Positions 8,469-17,062 of a DNA stretch of 64,000 bases are shown here, piece by piece (within the stretch, counting starts at the first letter, position 1; every line of letters begins with the position of its first letter). This DNA comes from an uncultured Thermoleophilia bacterium (GTDB lineage: Bacteria; Actinomycetota; Thermoleophilia; UBA2241), in the NCBI GenBank assembly GCA_963762125.1, contig CAVXJO010000001.1, forward strand, positions 315,940-379,939, written 5' to 3'. The notes beneath the pieces were generated by a model. It worked only from the letters and a program-made list of their open reading frames with translations, made no database searches and had not been told where the DNA came from. The position numbers were made by a program, and so were the translations under genes.

Positions 8469-9415
8469 TGCGCGACGGCGCCGACAGCGACCCGGTCCGC
8501 TCGTCGCCACGCCGGGGCCGGCCTCTGCCGGCCCGTCCCGCGGCGTCCGCCGCGGCTGCGCTGCTGGCGGCGCTCGCGCTGCTCGCGTCGGCCGGGCCGG
8601 CCGCGGCGCTCTACCGGCACGGCGACGACCGGCAGCACATCGAATCCACGCTGGCGGCGCTGAACCGGCGCCCGCCGAGCACAGCGGTCGTGTACCTGCT
8701 CGGCGGGTCCGCGGCACGTGAGTGCATCACCACGGAACCGAAGTGGAGGGCACAGATCGCTGCCCTGGGCGGCGGCCCCGTGTACGCGCTCGACTTCGGC
8801 TCCTCGAGCCAGTCGTTCAAGGGAGACCTGACGATCGTGCGCGCCGCGCCCGCGGTGCCCTCGATCGTCCTCATCGGCCTCAACGTCGGGCGGTACACGT
8901 CGATCCCGCCGAAGCAGGTCGCACGCGCCTCGTCTCCGCGCGCCGGGTCGGTCTACGACCCACATCGCTTCCACATGGGTGACCAGCTCTCCGACACCAG
9001 CAAGCGCGCGCTCGTCCGCCGGTGGTTGCGCGTCAAGTACCCGCGCTTTCGCGAGCGCTACGCCGGCGACGCCGCCGTCCTGCGCGAGCTCATCGCGCTG
9101 TGCCAGGAGAGGGGCTTCTGCCCGGTGCTCGTCGAGCTGCCGCTCAATCTGCGCATCGTCAGGCGCTCGTGGGCCGCGCCGCGCAGTCGCTACCAGCGGG
9201 GCGCACGCGCCGCGGCCACCGCCTACGGCATCCCCTACGTGGACTTCGTCGCCCACCTCGGTCTCACCAGCGGCGACTTCGTCGACCTCTCACACCTGGT
9301 CGAGCCCGGCCGGGCCAAGTACCAGCGCCGGCTCTCGCGGCTCGTCGTCGCCAAGCTCAAGCAGTACGGCCTCATCGGACGCGGGTCGGCCCTCGCCGCG
9401 CCGGCGGCCCCGTGA
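8468..9415 (+). CDS. Secreted SGNH-hydrolase/DltD-like protein
   Basis: Signal peptide ending PAAA; LLGGS nucleophile block, GLN and C-terminal DLSHL (DxxH). Start overlaps the SDR stop (TGATG). Confidence 0.6.
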   Translation: MRDGADSDPVRSSPRRGRPLPARPAASAAAALLAALALLASAGPAAALYRHGDDRQHIESTLAALNRRPPSTAVVYLLGGSAARECITTEPKWRAQIAALGGGPVYALDFGSSSQSFKGDLTIVRAAPAVPSIVLIGLNVGRYTSIPPKQVARASSPRAGSVYDPHRFHMGDQLSDTSKRALVRRWLRVKYPRFRERYAGDAAVLRELIALCQERGFCPVLVELPLNLRIVRRSWAAPRSRYQRGARAAATAYGIPYVDFVAHLGLTSGDFVDLSHLVEPGRAKYQRRLSRLVVAKLKQYGLIGRGSALAAPAAP

Positions 9416-9460
9416 TCATCGTCACCCTACGTCACCAAGGGAAGGAGCGCCTCGTAGACC

Positions 9461-10871
9461 ATGGCTGAGAAACCGTTCGTCCACCCCTACATCCCGAATT
9501 CGGTCCCGGAGACCAAGCGGGCCATGCTCGACGAGCTCGGGCTGGGCAGTGTGGAGGAGATCTACGCCGAGATCCCCGACCGCCTGCGCTTCAAGGGGAC
9601 TCTGGACATCCCGCCGGCGATCCTCTCCGAGCGGGAGTTGCGCAAGCACGTGCAGGGCCTGCTCGACAGGAACTCCTCGTCCGTCGACTTCATGAACTTC
9701 TGCGGCGCCGGCTGCTGGCAGCACCATGTGCCCTCGGTCGTCGACGAGATCATCAACCGCGCCGAGTTCGTGAGCGCCTACTGCGGCGGCGACTACAGCG
9801 ACCTCGGCAAGTACCTCACGCGCTACGAGTTCAACAGCATGCTCGGCGAACTACTGGACCTCGACGGCGTCGCCAACCCGATCTACGACTGGGGCGACGT
9901 GGCCGGGCGCTCGTTCCGCATGGCCCGGCGCATCACCGGCCGCGACAAGGTGCTCGTGCCGGCGCACATGAGCCCGATGCGCCTCCTGGAGGCGCGCACG
10001 CTCTGCCAGCCGGAGTCGATGGCCAACAGCACCAAGATCCGCTTCTACGAGTGGGACCGCGAGACCGGCATGGTGGACCTCGAGGATCTCAAAGCCAAGC
10101 TCGACGACACCTTCGCCGCCGTGTACTGGGAGAGCCCGGGCTACCTCGGGACCATCGAGGCCAACGGCGCCGAGATCGTGAAGCTCGCCCATTCCGCCGG
10201 CGCGCTCGCCATCAACGGCGTCGACCCCATCACGCTGGGCGTGCTCGCGCCGCCCGGCGCGATCGGCGCCGACATCGCCTGCGGCGACATCCAGCCGCTC
10301 GGCATCCACATGCACGCCGGCGGCGGGTGCTCCGGGTTCATCGCGTTCCGCGACGATGACCCGGTCTTCGCCCAGGAGTGCCCGCTCGAGCTCTACACCG
10401 TCATGGAGACGGCGACTCCGGGCCAGTACGCCGTCGGCGAGGCGATGGCCGACCGCACGAGCTACGGCATGCGCGACCAGGGCAAGGACTGGGTCGGCAC
10501 GGCGTCGGGCCTGTGGACCATCGCCGCCGCCGTGTACATGGCGCTCATGGGCCCGCAGGGCTTCAAGGAGGTCGGCGAGACCTGCATCGCCCGCTCCCAC
10601 TACGCCGCCAAGAAGCTCGGCGAGCTGCCGGGCGTGGAGATCAAGCTCTCGCCGAGCTTCGTCAAGGAGTTCGTCGTCAACTTCGACGCCACCGGCAAGA
10701 CGCGTGGCCGAGGTCAACAAGGCCCTGCTCGGCCACCAGATCTTCGGCGGCAAGGACGTCTCGGCCGAGTTCCCCGAACTGGGGCAGAGCGCGCTCTACT
10801 GCGTCACCGAGTACTACGACCAGGCCGACATCGATGCCTTGGTCTCGGTTGTCAGGGAGGTGACGGCATGA
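9461..10871 (+). CDS. gcvPA: Divergent glycine-dehydrogenase P-protein alpha-like subunit (one frameshift at ~10700)
   Basis: HPYIPNS, NFCGAGCWQHHVP, ADIACGDIQPLG. After the +1 slip the frame gives VAEVNKALL...LYCVTE and stops at TGA 10869-10871, overlapping the next ATG. Confidence 0.85.
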
Positions 10872-12481
10872 GCGACCACGTGACGCGGGACGTGCACGCC
10901 AAGCTCGAGGACCTGGCGCGGCTGCGCCGCGACGGCGGCGTGCTGCGCGACTACCGTGCCCCGCGCTGGGACGAGCCGTTCATCATGGAACAGGGCATGC
11001 CCGGCGAGCGCGGCATCCTCGTGCCGCTCGCCGAGGACGGTGTCACCGCCGAGGTGGGCGCGGCGGCGGACTACATCCCCGAGGGGATGGCCCGCGCCGC
11101 CGCGCCCGAGCTGCCCGAGATGGCCCAGTACCAGGTCATGCGCCACTACCTGCGCTACGCACAGATGACGCTGGGCATGGACCTCGGCAGCGACATCAGC
11201 GAAGGCACCTGCACGATGAAGTACTCGCCCAAGATGCACGAGGAGCTCATCCGCGGCCACAGGGCCGCCGACGTGCACCCGTGGCAGGACGAGGACACCA
11301 TGCAGGGGCTCCTCGAGATCGTCTATGAGACCGGGCAGTACCTGAAGTCCATCAGCGGCATGGACGCGTTCACGCTCCAGCCTGGCGGCGGCTCGCACGC
11401 CGTGTTCACCAACGCCTGCGTCATGCGTCGCTACTTCGAGGCCAGGGGCGAGCTGGACCAGCGCACCGAGATGATCACGACGATCTTCTCGCACCCGTGC
11501 GACGCGGCGACGCCGATGGTGGCCGGGTTCAAGGTCATCACGGTCATGCCCGACGAGAACGGCTACCCGGACCTCGAGGCCTTCCGCGCGGCGGTCAGCG
11601 AGAACACCGTCGGCTGCATGATCACCAACCCCGAGGACACCGGCATCTACAACCCGCAGATCGACAAGTACGTGGAGATCCTGCACGATGCCGGCGCCCT
11701 CGCCTTCACCGACCAGGCCAACGCCAACGGCATCCTCGGGTTCGCGCGGGCGCGCGACGCCGGGTTCGACGCCTGCCACTTCAACCTGCACAAGACCTTC
11801 TCCAGTCCGCACGGCTGCGAGGGTCCGGCGACCGGCGCCTACATGTGCACCGAGGAGCTGGCGCCGTACCTGCCGGTCCCGGTCGTGGTGAAGGACGGGG
11901 AGAGGTATCACCTCGACTACGACCGGCCGGAGAGCATCGGCCGCGTGCGCGGGTTCCTCGGCAACTGGATGGGCGTGATCCGCGCCTACGCCTGGATCCG
12001 CAACTTGGGTCCCGAGGGCCTCAAGGAGGTCGCCGAGATCTCCGTGCTCAACAACAACTACCTGGACAACCTGCTGTTGGGCGTCAAGGGTGTGAGCCGG
12101 CCGTACGCCGAAGGCCACCGCCGGCTCGACCAGGTGCGCTACAGCCTTGAGCAGCTGAAGGAAGACACCGGGGTCGGTACGGAGGCGCTGCGCGACCGCA
12201 TGATCGACTTCGGCATCCAGAGCTACTGGATGAGCCACCACCCTTGGGTGGTGCCGGAGCCGTTCACTCCCGAGCCCTGCGAGACCTACAGCAAGGCCGA
12301 CCTCGACGAGTGGGCCGCGGTCATCAAGAAGGGCGTCGACGAGGCCTACGCCGACCCGCAGTACGTGCTCGACTCGCCGCACGCCCAGCCCATCGACCAG
12401 ATGCGGCGCACAGAGGCCATGGAAGACCCGGACCAGTGGGCCTTCACGTGGCGCAAGTACAAGAAGAAGTTCCTCAAGTAG
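10868..12481 (+). CDS. gcvPB: Divergent glycine-dehydrogenase P-protein beta-like subunit (PLP)
   Basis: GTCTMKY, HFNLHKTF (PLP lysine, codon ~11792) and EPCETYSK motifs; ATGA overlap with gcvPA. Confidence 0.88.
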   Translation: MSDHVTRDVHAKLEDLARLRRDGGVLRDYRAPRWDEPFIMEQGMPGERGILVPLAEDGVTAEVGAAADYIPEGMARAAAPELPEMAQYQVMRHYLRYAQMTLGMDLGSDISEGTCTMKYSPKMHEELIRGHRAADVHPWQDEDTMQGLLEIVYETGQYLKSISGMDAFTLQPGGGSHAVFTNACVMRRYFEARGELDQRTEMITTIFSHPCDAATPMVAGFKVITVMPDENGYPDLEAFRAAVSENTVGCMITNPEDTGIYNPQIDKYVEILHDAGALAFTDQANANGILGFARARDAGFDACHFNLHKTFSSPHGCEGPATGAYMCTEELAPYLPVPVVVKDGERYHLDYDRPESIGRVRGFLGNWMGVIRAYAWIRNLGPEGLKEVAEISVLNNNYLDNLLLGVKGVSRPYAEGHRRLDQVRYSLEQLKEDTGVGTEALRDRMIDFGIQSYWMSHHPWVVPEPFTPEPCETYSKADLDEWAAVIKKGVDEAYADPQYVLDSPHAQPIDQMRRTEAMEDPDQWAFTWRKYKKKFLK

Positions 12482-12527
12482 CAGGTCCGTCCGGCTCCCG
12501 GGCCGGCAGGGACGAGCGAGACCCGCA

Positions 12528-12557
12528 TGGGGCGCGGCGCCGTGGCGCCGCGCCCCA
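12528..12557. terminator. Hairpin downstream of gcvPB
   Basis: TGGGGCGCGGCGC-CGTG-GCGCCGCGCCCCA: 13-bp perfect stem with no U-tract. Confidence 0.45.
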
Positions 12558-12650
12558 CGCACAGCCGCGTCGAGCTCGGGTATCATTGCGCGACCGTGCG
12601 TGACGCGACGCGGTCGTAGTCCGTCATCGACGACGAAGAAAGGCGAGAAC

Positions 12651-13124
12651 GTGGCTCAGCCTGGGAGACCTGCCCTTGGACCGTGGCGACTGGCCGGCCT
12701 CGTCGTCTTTCTCGTGACCGCGGCGCTGCTCACGGGGACCGCGATCAGACTCATCCTCGCCGTCCCCGACAACCTGCAGGAGGCGGCGCTCGGGTTCTCG
12801 GTGGTCTGCGCCTCGGTCGCCGCGATCGCCATGCTCATCGACGCCATCGACCTCTGGACGAGAGGCCGGCGGATGACGGCGCAGGGTCAGAAGATGATCC
12901 GGCTGCTGGTCCTCATCGCCGTCTTCGGCGCTCTCGCCATGAGCGTGCTGGGGCGCGGCGGCGGCGTGATCGCGTACCTCGCGCCGGCGCTGGTCATCTA
13001 CCTCTTCATGGCGCCGAGGCGGTCGCGGAGCACCACCGCCGAAGGGCGCCCGTCCGCTCCCACCAGTCAGCGGTCGGCCCCGGTCCGGGCCAGGCAGCGC
13101 CGGGGCGGCAAGAAGCGCCGCTGA
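12651..13124 (+). CDS. Membrane protein (about 4 TM, basic C-tail)
   Basis: Four hydrophobic segments; GTG 12651 follows GAAAGG. Confidence 0.7.
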   Translation: MAQPGRPALGPWRLAGLVVFLVTAALLTGTAIRLILAVPDNLQEAALGFSVVCASVAAIAMLIDAIDLWTRGRRMTAQGQKMIRLLVLIAVFGALAMSVLGRGGGVIAYLAPALVIYLFMAPRRSRSTTAEGRPSAPTSQRSAPVRARQRRGGKKRR

Positions 13125-13158
13125 GGCGGCGCGCGCCTCCTCTCGCACCGAGGGCGGC

Positions 13159-14355
13159 ATGAAGAGACTGGGCCTGATCGTCAATCCGGTGGCCGGTGTC
13201 GGCGGCCGCGTCGGCCTCAAGGGCAGCGACGGCGCCGAGGTCCTGCGTTCGGCTCTCGAGCGAGGTGCGGTGCGTGACGCTCCGCGCCGCGCGCGGCTGG
13301 CGCTCGCGCGGCTCGCTCGCGTGCGCGGCCAGGTGGAGGTCGTCACCTGGCCGGGTGAGATGGGCGAGGACGAGGCGCGCGCCGCAGGCTTCGCGCCGCG
13401 CGTGCTCGGCTCCCTCATGACGCGCCGATCCTACATCGCCTGCGAGCTTGAGCGTCTCGGCGGCGAGCCCCTGTCGATCGCGTGCGACGACTTCGTCCTG
13501 ACCACGCCGGCGGACACCGAGCAGGCGGCGCGCGACCTGCTCGCCGCCGGCGTGGACCTCATCCTGTTCGCCGGCGGCGACGGCACGGCGCGCAACATCT
13601 GTAACGCCGTCGGCGACCGGGTGCCGGTCATCGGGGTCCCGGCCGGCGTCAAGATCCACTCCGCCGTGTACGCGACCACGCCGGCGGCCGCCGGCGATGT
13701 GGCCGCTCTTTATCTGCAGGAGCGCCACGCCGGCGTGCAGCTGCGTGAAGGCGAGGTCATGGACATCGACGAGGAGGCGTTCCGCGAGAACCGGGTCTCC
13801 GCCCGTCTCTACGGTTATGTGGCCGTTCCCTACGCCCGCGGCCTCACCCAGAGCGCCAAGGCCGGCGGGGTGGCCGGCGAGGAGCGGGCGCTCAACGACA
13901 TCGCCGCCGAAGTGATCGCCGGCATGCGCCCCGGCGCCCTCTACATCCTCGGCCCGGGCACCACGACGCGGACGGTGATGGAGCGTCTCGCTCTACCCAA
14001 GACGCTGCTCGGCGTGGATGCCGTCCGCGACGGCGCGCTCGCCGGGTCGGACTTGGCAGAGGGCGACCTGCTCGCGCTCGTCGGCCAAGCGCCGGAGGCG
14101 TTCATCGTGGTCACGGTGATCGGCGGGCAGGGCCACGTCTTCGGCCGCGGCAATCAGCAGATCAGTCCCGCCGTCCTGCGCCGCGTCGGGCCGGACCATG
14201 TGATCGTCATCGCCACGCAGACCAAGCTGCTGAGCCTCGAGGGCCGGCCGCTGCTCGTGGACACGGGGGACCCGGCCCTCGACGAGCAGCTCTCCGGCTA
14301 CGCCAAGGTCGTCACCGCCCTCGGCGAACGCACCATGTACAAGGTCGGCGCCTGA
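13159..14355 (+). CDS. ATP-NAD kinase-like protein (COG3199 type)
   Basis: GLIVNPVAGVGG.VGLKGSDG, FAGGDGTARN, GVPAGVKIHS and GGQG..FGRGNQQ motifs. Confidence 0.88.
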   Translation: MKRLGLIVNPVAGVGGRVGLKGSDGAEVLRSALERGAVRDAPRRARLALARLARVRGQVEVVTWPGEMGEDEARAAGFAPRVLGSLMTRRSYIACELERLGGEPLSIACDDFVLTTPADTEQAARDLLAAGVDLILFAGGDGTARNICNAVGDRVPVIGVPAGVKIHSAVYATTPAAAGDVAALYLQERHAGVQLREGEVMDIDEEAFRENRVSARLYGYVAVPYARGLTQSAKAGGVAGEERALNDIAAEVIAGMRPGALYILGPGTTTRTVMERLALPKTLLGVDAVRDGALAGSDLAEGDLLALVGQAPEAFIVVTVIGGQGHVFGRGNQQISPAVLRRVGPDHVIVIATQTKLLSLEGRPLLVDTGDPALDEQLSGYAKVVTALGERTMYKVGA

Positions 14356-14490
14356 GTCGTGGTCCGCCTGAGGGTGTCACACTGCTCGTGCCCGCTCCAG
14401 ACGGACGAGTCATCGGCTCAAGACGCTCATGCCATTCCTCTCGCCGCTCCGGCACGGGCGCACCAAACCTCCGCGATTGCTAACTTGACG

Positions 14491-14519
14491 TTGGCAGGCG
14501 CTGACGAAGCTTATACAAT
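14491..14519 (+). promoter_or_regulatory. sigma70-like promoter
   Basis: TTGGCA-17 nt-TACAAT, about 105 nt upstream of ATG 14626. Confidence 0.6.
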
Positions 14520-14625
14520 CTACTTCACGGAACGTCTTGGAGGGGTCCTACGGCTCTCAGCCCGCGTCCCTCTTGGGCGGCGCGCCGCTCGGCGCGCGCA
14601 AGCTACGTCAAGGAGAGGGAACGTC

Positions 14626-15924
14626 ATGAAGGCTCTGGTAGTCGGCACCGGTGGGGTGGGTCAGTCCATCGCCTCGATCAGCAAGCGCCGCGACCCTGAG
14701 GGGGAGTGGCTCGAGAAGATGGTCATGGCGGACTACGACGGCAAGCGCGCCGCCGACTTCGTCTCCGGCCTCGAGGACCCGCGCTTCGTGGCCGAGCAGG
14801 TCGACGCGAGCGACGTCGACGCAGTGGCCGCCCTCGCCGAGAAGCACGGCGTCGACATCCTCATGAATCTCTGCGCGCCGAACTTCAACCCGCCGCTGCT
14901 GCAGGCCGCGCTCAAGGCCAAGGTGCACTACCTCGACACCGCCATGACGCTGTCCGAGTGGCACCCCACCGACCCGTTCCACAAGACCGGCAAGAAGCTC
15001 GGCGACGACGAGTACGCGCTCAGTCCCGAGTTCGAGAAGATCGGCAAGTACGCGTTCGCCGGCTTCGGCGTCGAGCCGGGCATGGCCGACTTCTTCGCCC
15101 GCTACGCCGCCGACCATCTCTTCGACGAGGTCGACTACATCGGCATCCGTGACGGCAGCAACCTCGACATCCCCGGCGCCAAGGGCATCAGCTTCGGCTT
15201 CAGCGTCTGGACCACCATCGAGGAGTGCAACAACCCGGCGATCGTCTACGAGAACGGCGACTGGCACACCGTCGAGCCGTTCGCCGAACTGGAAAAGTTC
15301 TGGCTGCCCGAGGGCATCGGCGAGGTCGAGGTCGGCCACGTCGAGCACGAAGAAGTCGTGCAGATCGGCCGCTACGCCGACAAGCTCAAAGGCGTCAAGA
15401 AGGCGGAGTTCAAGTACGCGCTCGGCGACGAGTTCATGCAGGCCATGGAGATCTTCCGCTCGATCAACATCGACAAGGCCGAGAAGATCAAGGTCGGCGA
15501 CGTGATGGTAGCGCCGCGCGACGTCATCGCCGCCGCCGCTCCCGACCCGAACGAAGTCGGCAAGCAGTACGTCGGCAAGACGGCCGCCGGCACGTACGTG
15601 ATCGGCAAGAAGGACGGCATGGAGCGTAAGGTGTACCTCTATCAGGTCGCCGACAACCAGGAGTGTCTCGAGACGGTCGGCGTGCAGGTCGTGACCGCCC
15701 AGACCGGCTTCACGCCCGTGATCACGCTCGAACTGCTGGCCACCGGCAGTCTGGGCAGCAAGCCCGGCGACCCCAAGTCCGGCGTCCACAACCCCGAGGC
15801 CTTCAACGCCGACGACTATGTGGCGCTGATGCCCAAGGTCGGCTTCCCCGGCGGCATGCTGGAGATGGAATCGGAGTACAAGCTCGCCCACGACCGCAAG
15901 GCGCTGCTCGACCTGGCGAAGTAA
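14626..15924 (+). CDS. Saccharopine dehydrogenase / carboxy(nor)spermidine dehydrogenase family protein
   Basis: VVGTGGVG, GFGVEPG, IRDGSNL and FSVWTTIEEC motifs; AGGAGAGG RBS. Confidence 0.88.
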   Translation: MKALVVGTGGVGQSIASISKRRDPEGEWLEKMVMADYDGKRAADFVSGLEDPRFVAEQVDASDVDAVAALAEKHGVDILMNLCAPNFNPPLLQAALKAKVHYLDTAMTLSEWHPTDPFHKTGKKLGDDEYALSPEFEKIGKYAFAGFGVEPGMADFFARYAADHLFDEVDYIGIRDGSNLDIPGAKGISFGFSVWTTIEECNNPAIVYENGDWHTVEPFAELEKFWLPEGIGEVEVGHVEHEEVVQIGRYADKLKGVKKAEFKYALGDEFMQAMEIFRSINIDKAEKIKVGDVMVAPRDVIAAAAPDPNEVGKQYVGKTAAGTYVIGKKDGMERKVYLYQVADNQECLETVGVQVVTAQTGFTPVITLELLATGSLGSKPGDPKSGVHNPEAFNADDYVALMPKVGFPGGMLEMESEYKLAHDRKALLDLAK

Positions 15925-15978
15925 GGCCGTGGACGCTGCGGGTGACCCGGTGGCCGCTTCCGTGGCAAGATGCGCAGT

Positions 15979-16076
15979 GGAGCGGCTCGTGGTCCGGTGA
16001 CTGCCGCGGTCTTCAAAACCGTCTGCGGGGCGATGATCTCGTCCTGGGTGGGTTCGACTCCCATGTCGCTCCGCCA
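15979..16076 (+). tRNA. selC: tRNA-Sec (anticodon UCA)
   Basis: 98 nt; 8-bp acceptor GGAGCGGC/GTCGCTCC; G discriminator plus encoded CCA; anticodon arm GCGGT-CTTCAAA-ACCGT; long variable arm; 5-bp T-stem with TTCGACT loop (bacterial 8/5 fold). Confidence 0.93.
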
Positions 16077-16121
16077 TCACGCCTACGACGCCTGGGGCGA
16101 ACGCGCCGGCGCACACGTAGA

Positions 16122-16159
16122 ACGACGACGGGGCCGGCGAGAGCCGGCCCCGTCGTCGT
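16122..16159. terminator. Hairpin between convergent selC and cytochrome gene
   Basis: Perfect 17-bp stem ACGACGACGGGGCCGGC with GAGA tetraloop. Confidence 0.7.
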
Positions 16160-16201
16160 CACCGGGCAAGTGCGGCGGCCGGGCCGCCCGTCGCCCGGGT
16201 C

Positions 16202-16990
16202 TTACTTGACGGTCAGCCTATTGACCGCGGCCTTGACGGAACGGTTGCCGGCGGCGTCGGTCGCCGTCACGTAGAACTTGTACCTGCCCTTGGCCAGCTT
16301 GCACTTGAAGGTCGCCTTCCGGACGACGTTGACGGCCTTGGCGCCCACCTTGATGGTCTTCACGACCTTGCCCTTGCGGTTCTTGATCTTGATGACGGCC
16401 TTGGCGGTCCCGAGGTTCGGGGCGGCGTCGTTGATCCGGTACTTCAGGGTCGCCTTCTTGCCCCTGACCACCTTGGCCGCGGAGGGTGCCTTGACGGTCG
16501 GGGCCGTGGTGTCGACGACGGTCCCGCCACCGCCGCCGCCGGTGTTGTCGACGACGGTCACTTGGTAGGTGGTGGAGGTCGCCTGGCCGGAGCCCGGCGT
16601 GCCCTTGGCGCCCCACACCCTGTACGTGTACGTGCCGGCGGCGCTGGGCGCCGTCATGTTGGCCATGAAGGGCGACGTGCCGGGGCCGCCGGACAAGCTC
16701 ACGGCAGGAGTCGACGCATCGTTGGCGCTGATCCAGTAGCCGGCCTGGCCGGAGGAGCCGAGCGCGACGGAGACGTTGACGCTGTACGCCTCGCCGGGAG
16801 CGAGGGTGGTCTTGCTCGGCGTCGCGGTCACGCTGCCGGACGGAGTGGCCGAGTGACAGGCGGAACACGTCGACTTGTAGCTGGGCAGCGCCTGGGCGGG
16901 CTTCGCGCCGACCACGACCACCATGAGGGCGATGGCTGCGACGGCGACACTGAGCGCGCCTACGAAATGGAACGAAGTGCGTCTGCTCAC
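16202..16990 (-). CDS. Secreted monoheme cytochrome c with a beta-rich middle domain and basic C-terminal domain
   Basis: Signal peptide ending AQA, CSACH shortly after cleavage, poly-Gly linker and Lys-rich ~104-aa C-terminal domain; AGGAG RBS before GTG 16990. Confidence 0.8.
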   Translation of the reverse strand: MSRRTSFHFVGALSVAVAAIALMVVVVGAKPAQALPSYKSTCSACHSATPSGSVTATPSKTTLAPGEAYSVNVSVALGSSGQAGYWISANDASTPAVSLSGGPGTSPFMANMTAPSAAGTYTYRVWGAKGTPGSGQATSTTYQVTVVDNTGGGGGGTVVDTTAPTVKAPSAAKVVRGKKATLKYRINDAAPNLGTAKAVIKIKNRKGKVVKTIKVGAKAVNVVRKATFKCKLAKGRYKFYVTATDAAGNRSVKAAVNRLTVK

Positions 16991-17062
16991 GGGCTCTCCT
17001 GACGTCGGGTACTGAACTCGCCGCTCCAGTCTCATACGGTAGAGCGGCCATATGCACCAAAG

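Noticed and set aside
9461-12481. 1006-aa ORF suggesting a gcvPA-gcvPB fusion
   Set aside because: A +1 slip at ~10700 moves the frame. The true alpha C-terminus is in another frame and ends at TGA 10871 with an ATGA overlap onto gcvPB.
16076-16200. tRNA-Sec as an integration site for an island
   Set aside because: No integrase, no duplicated tRNA 3' end and no compositional shift downstream.
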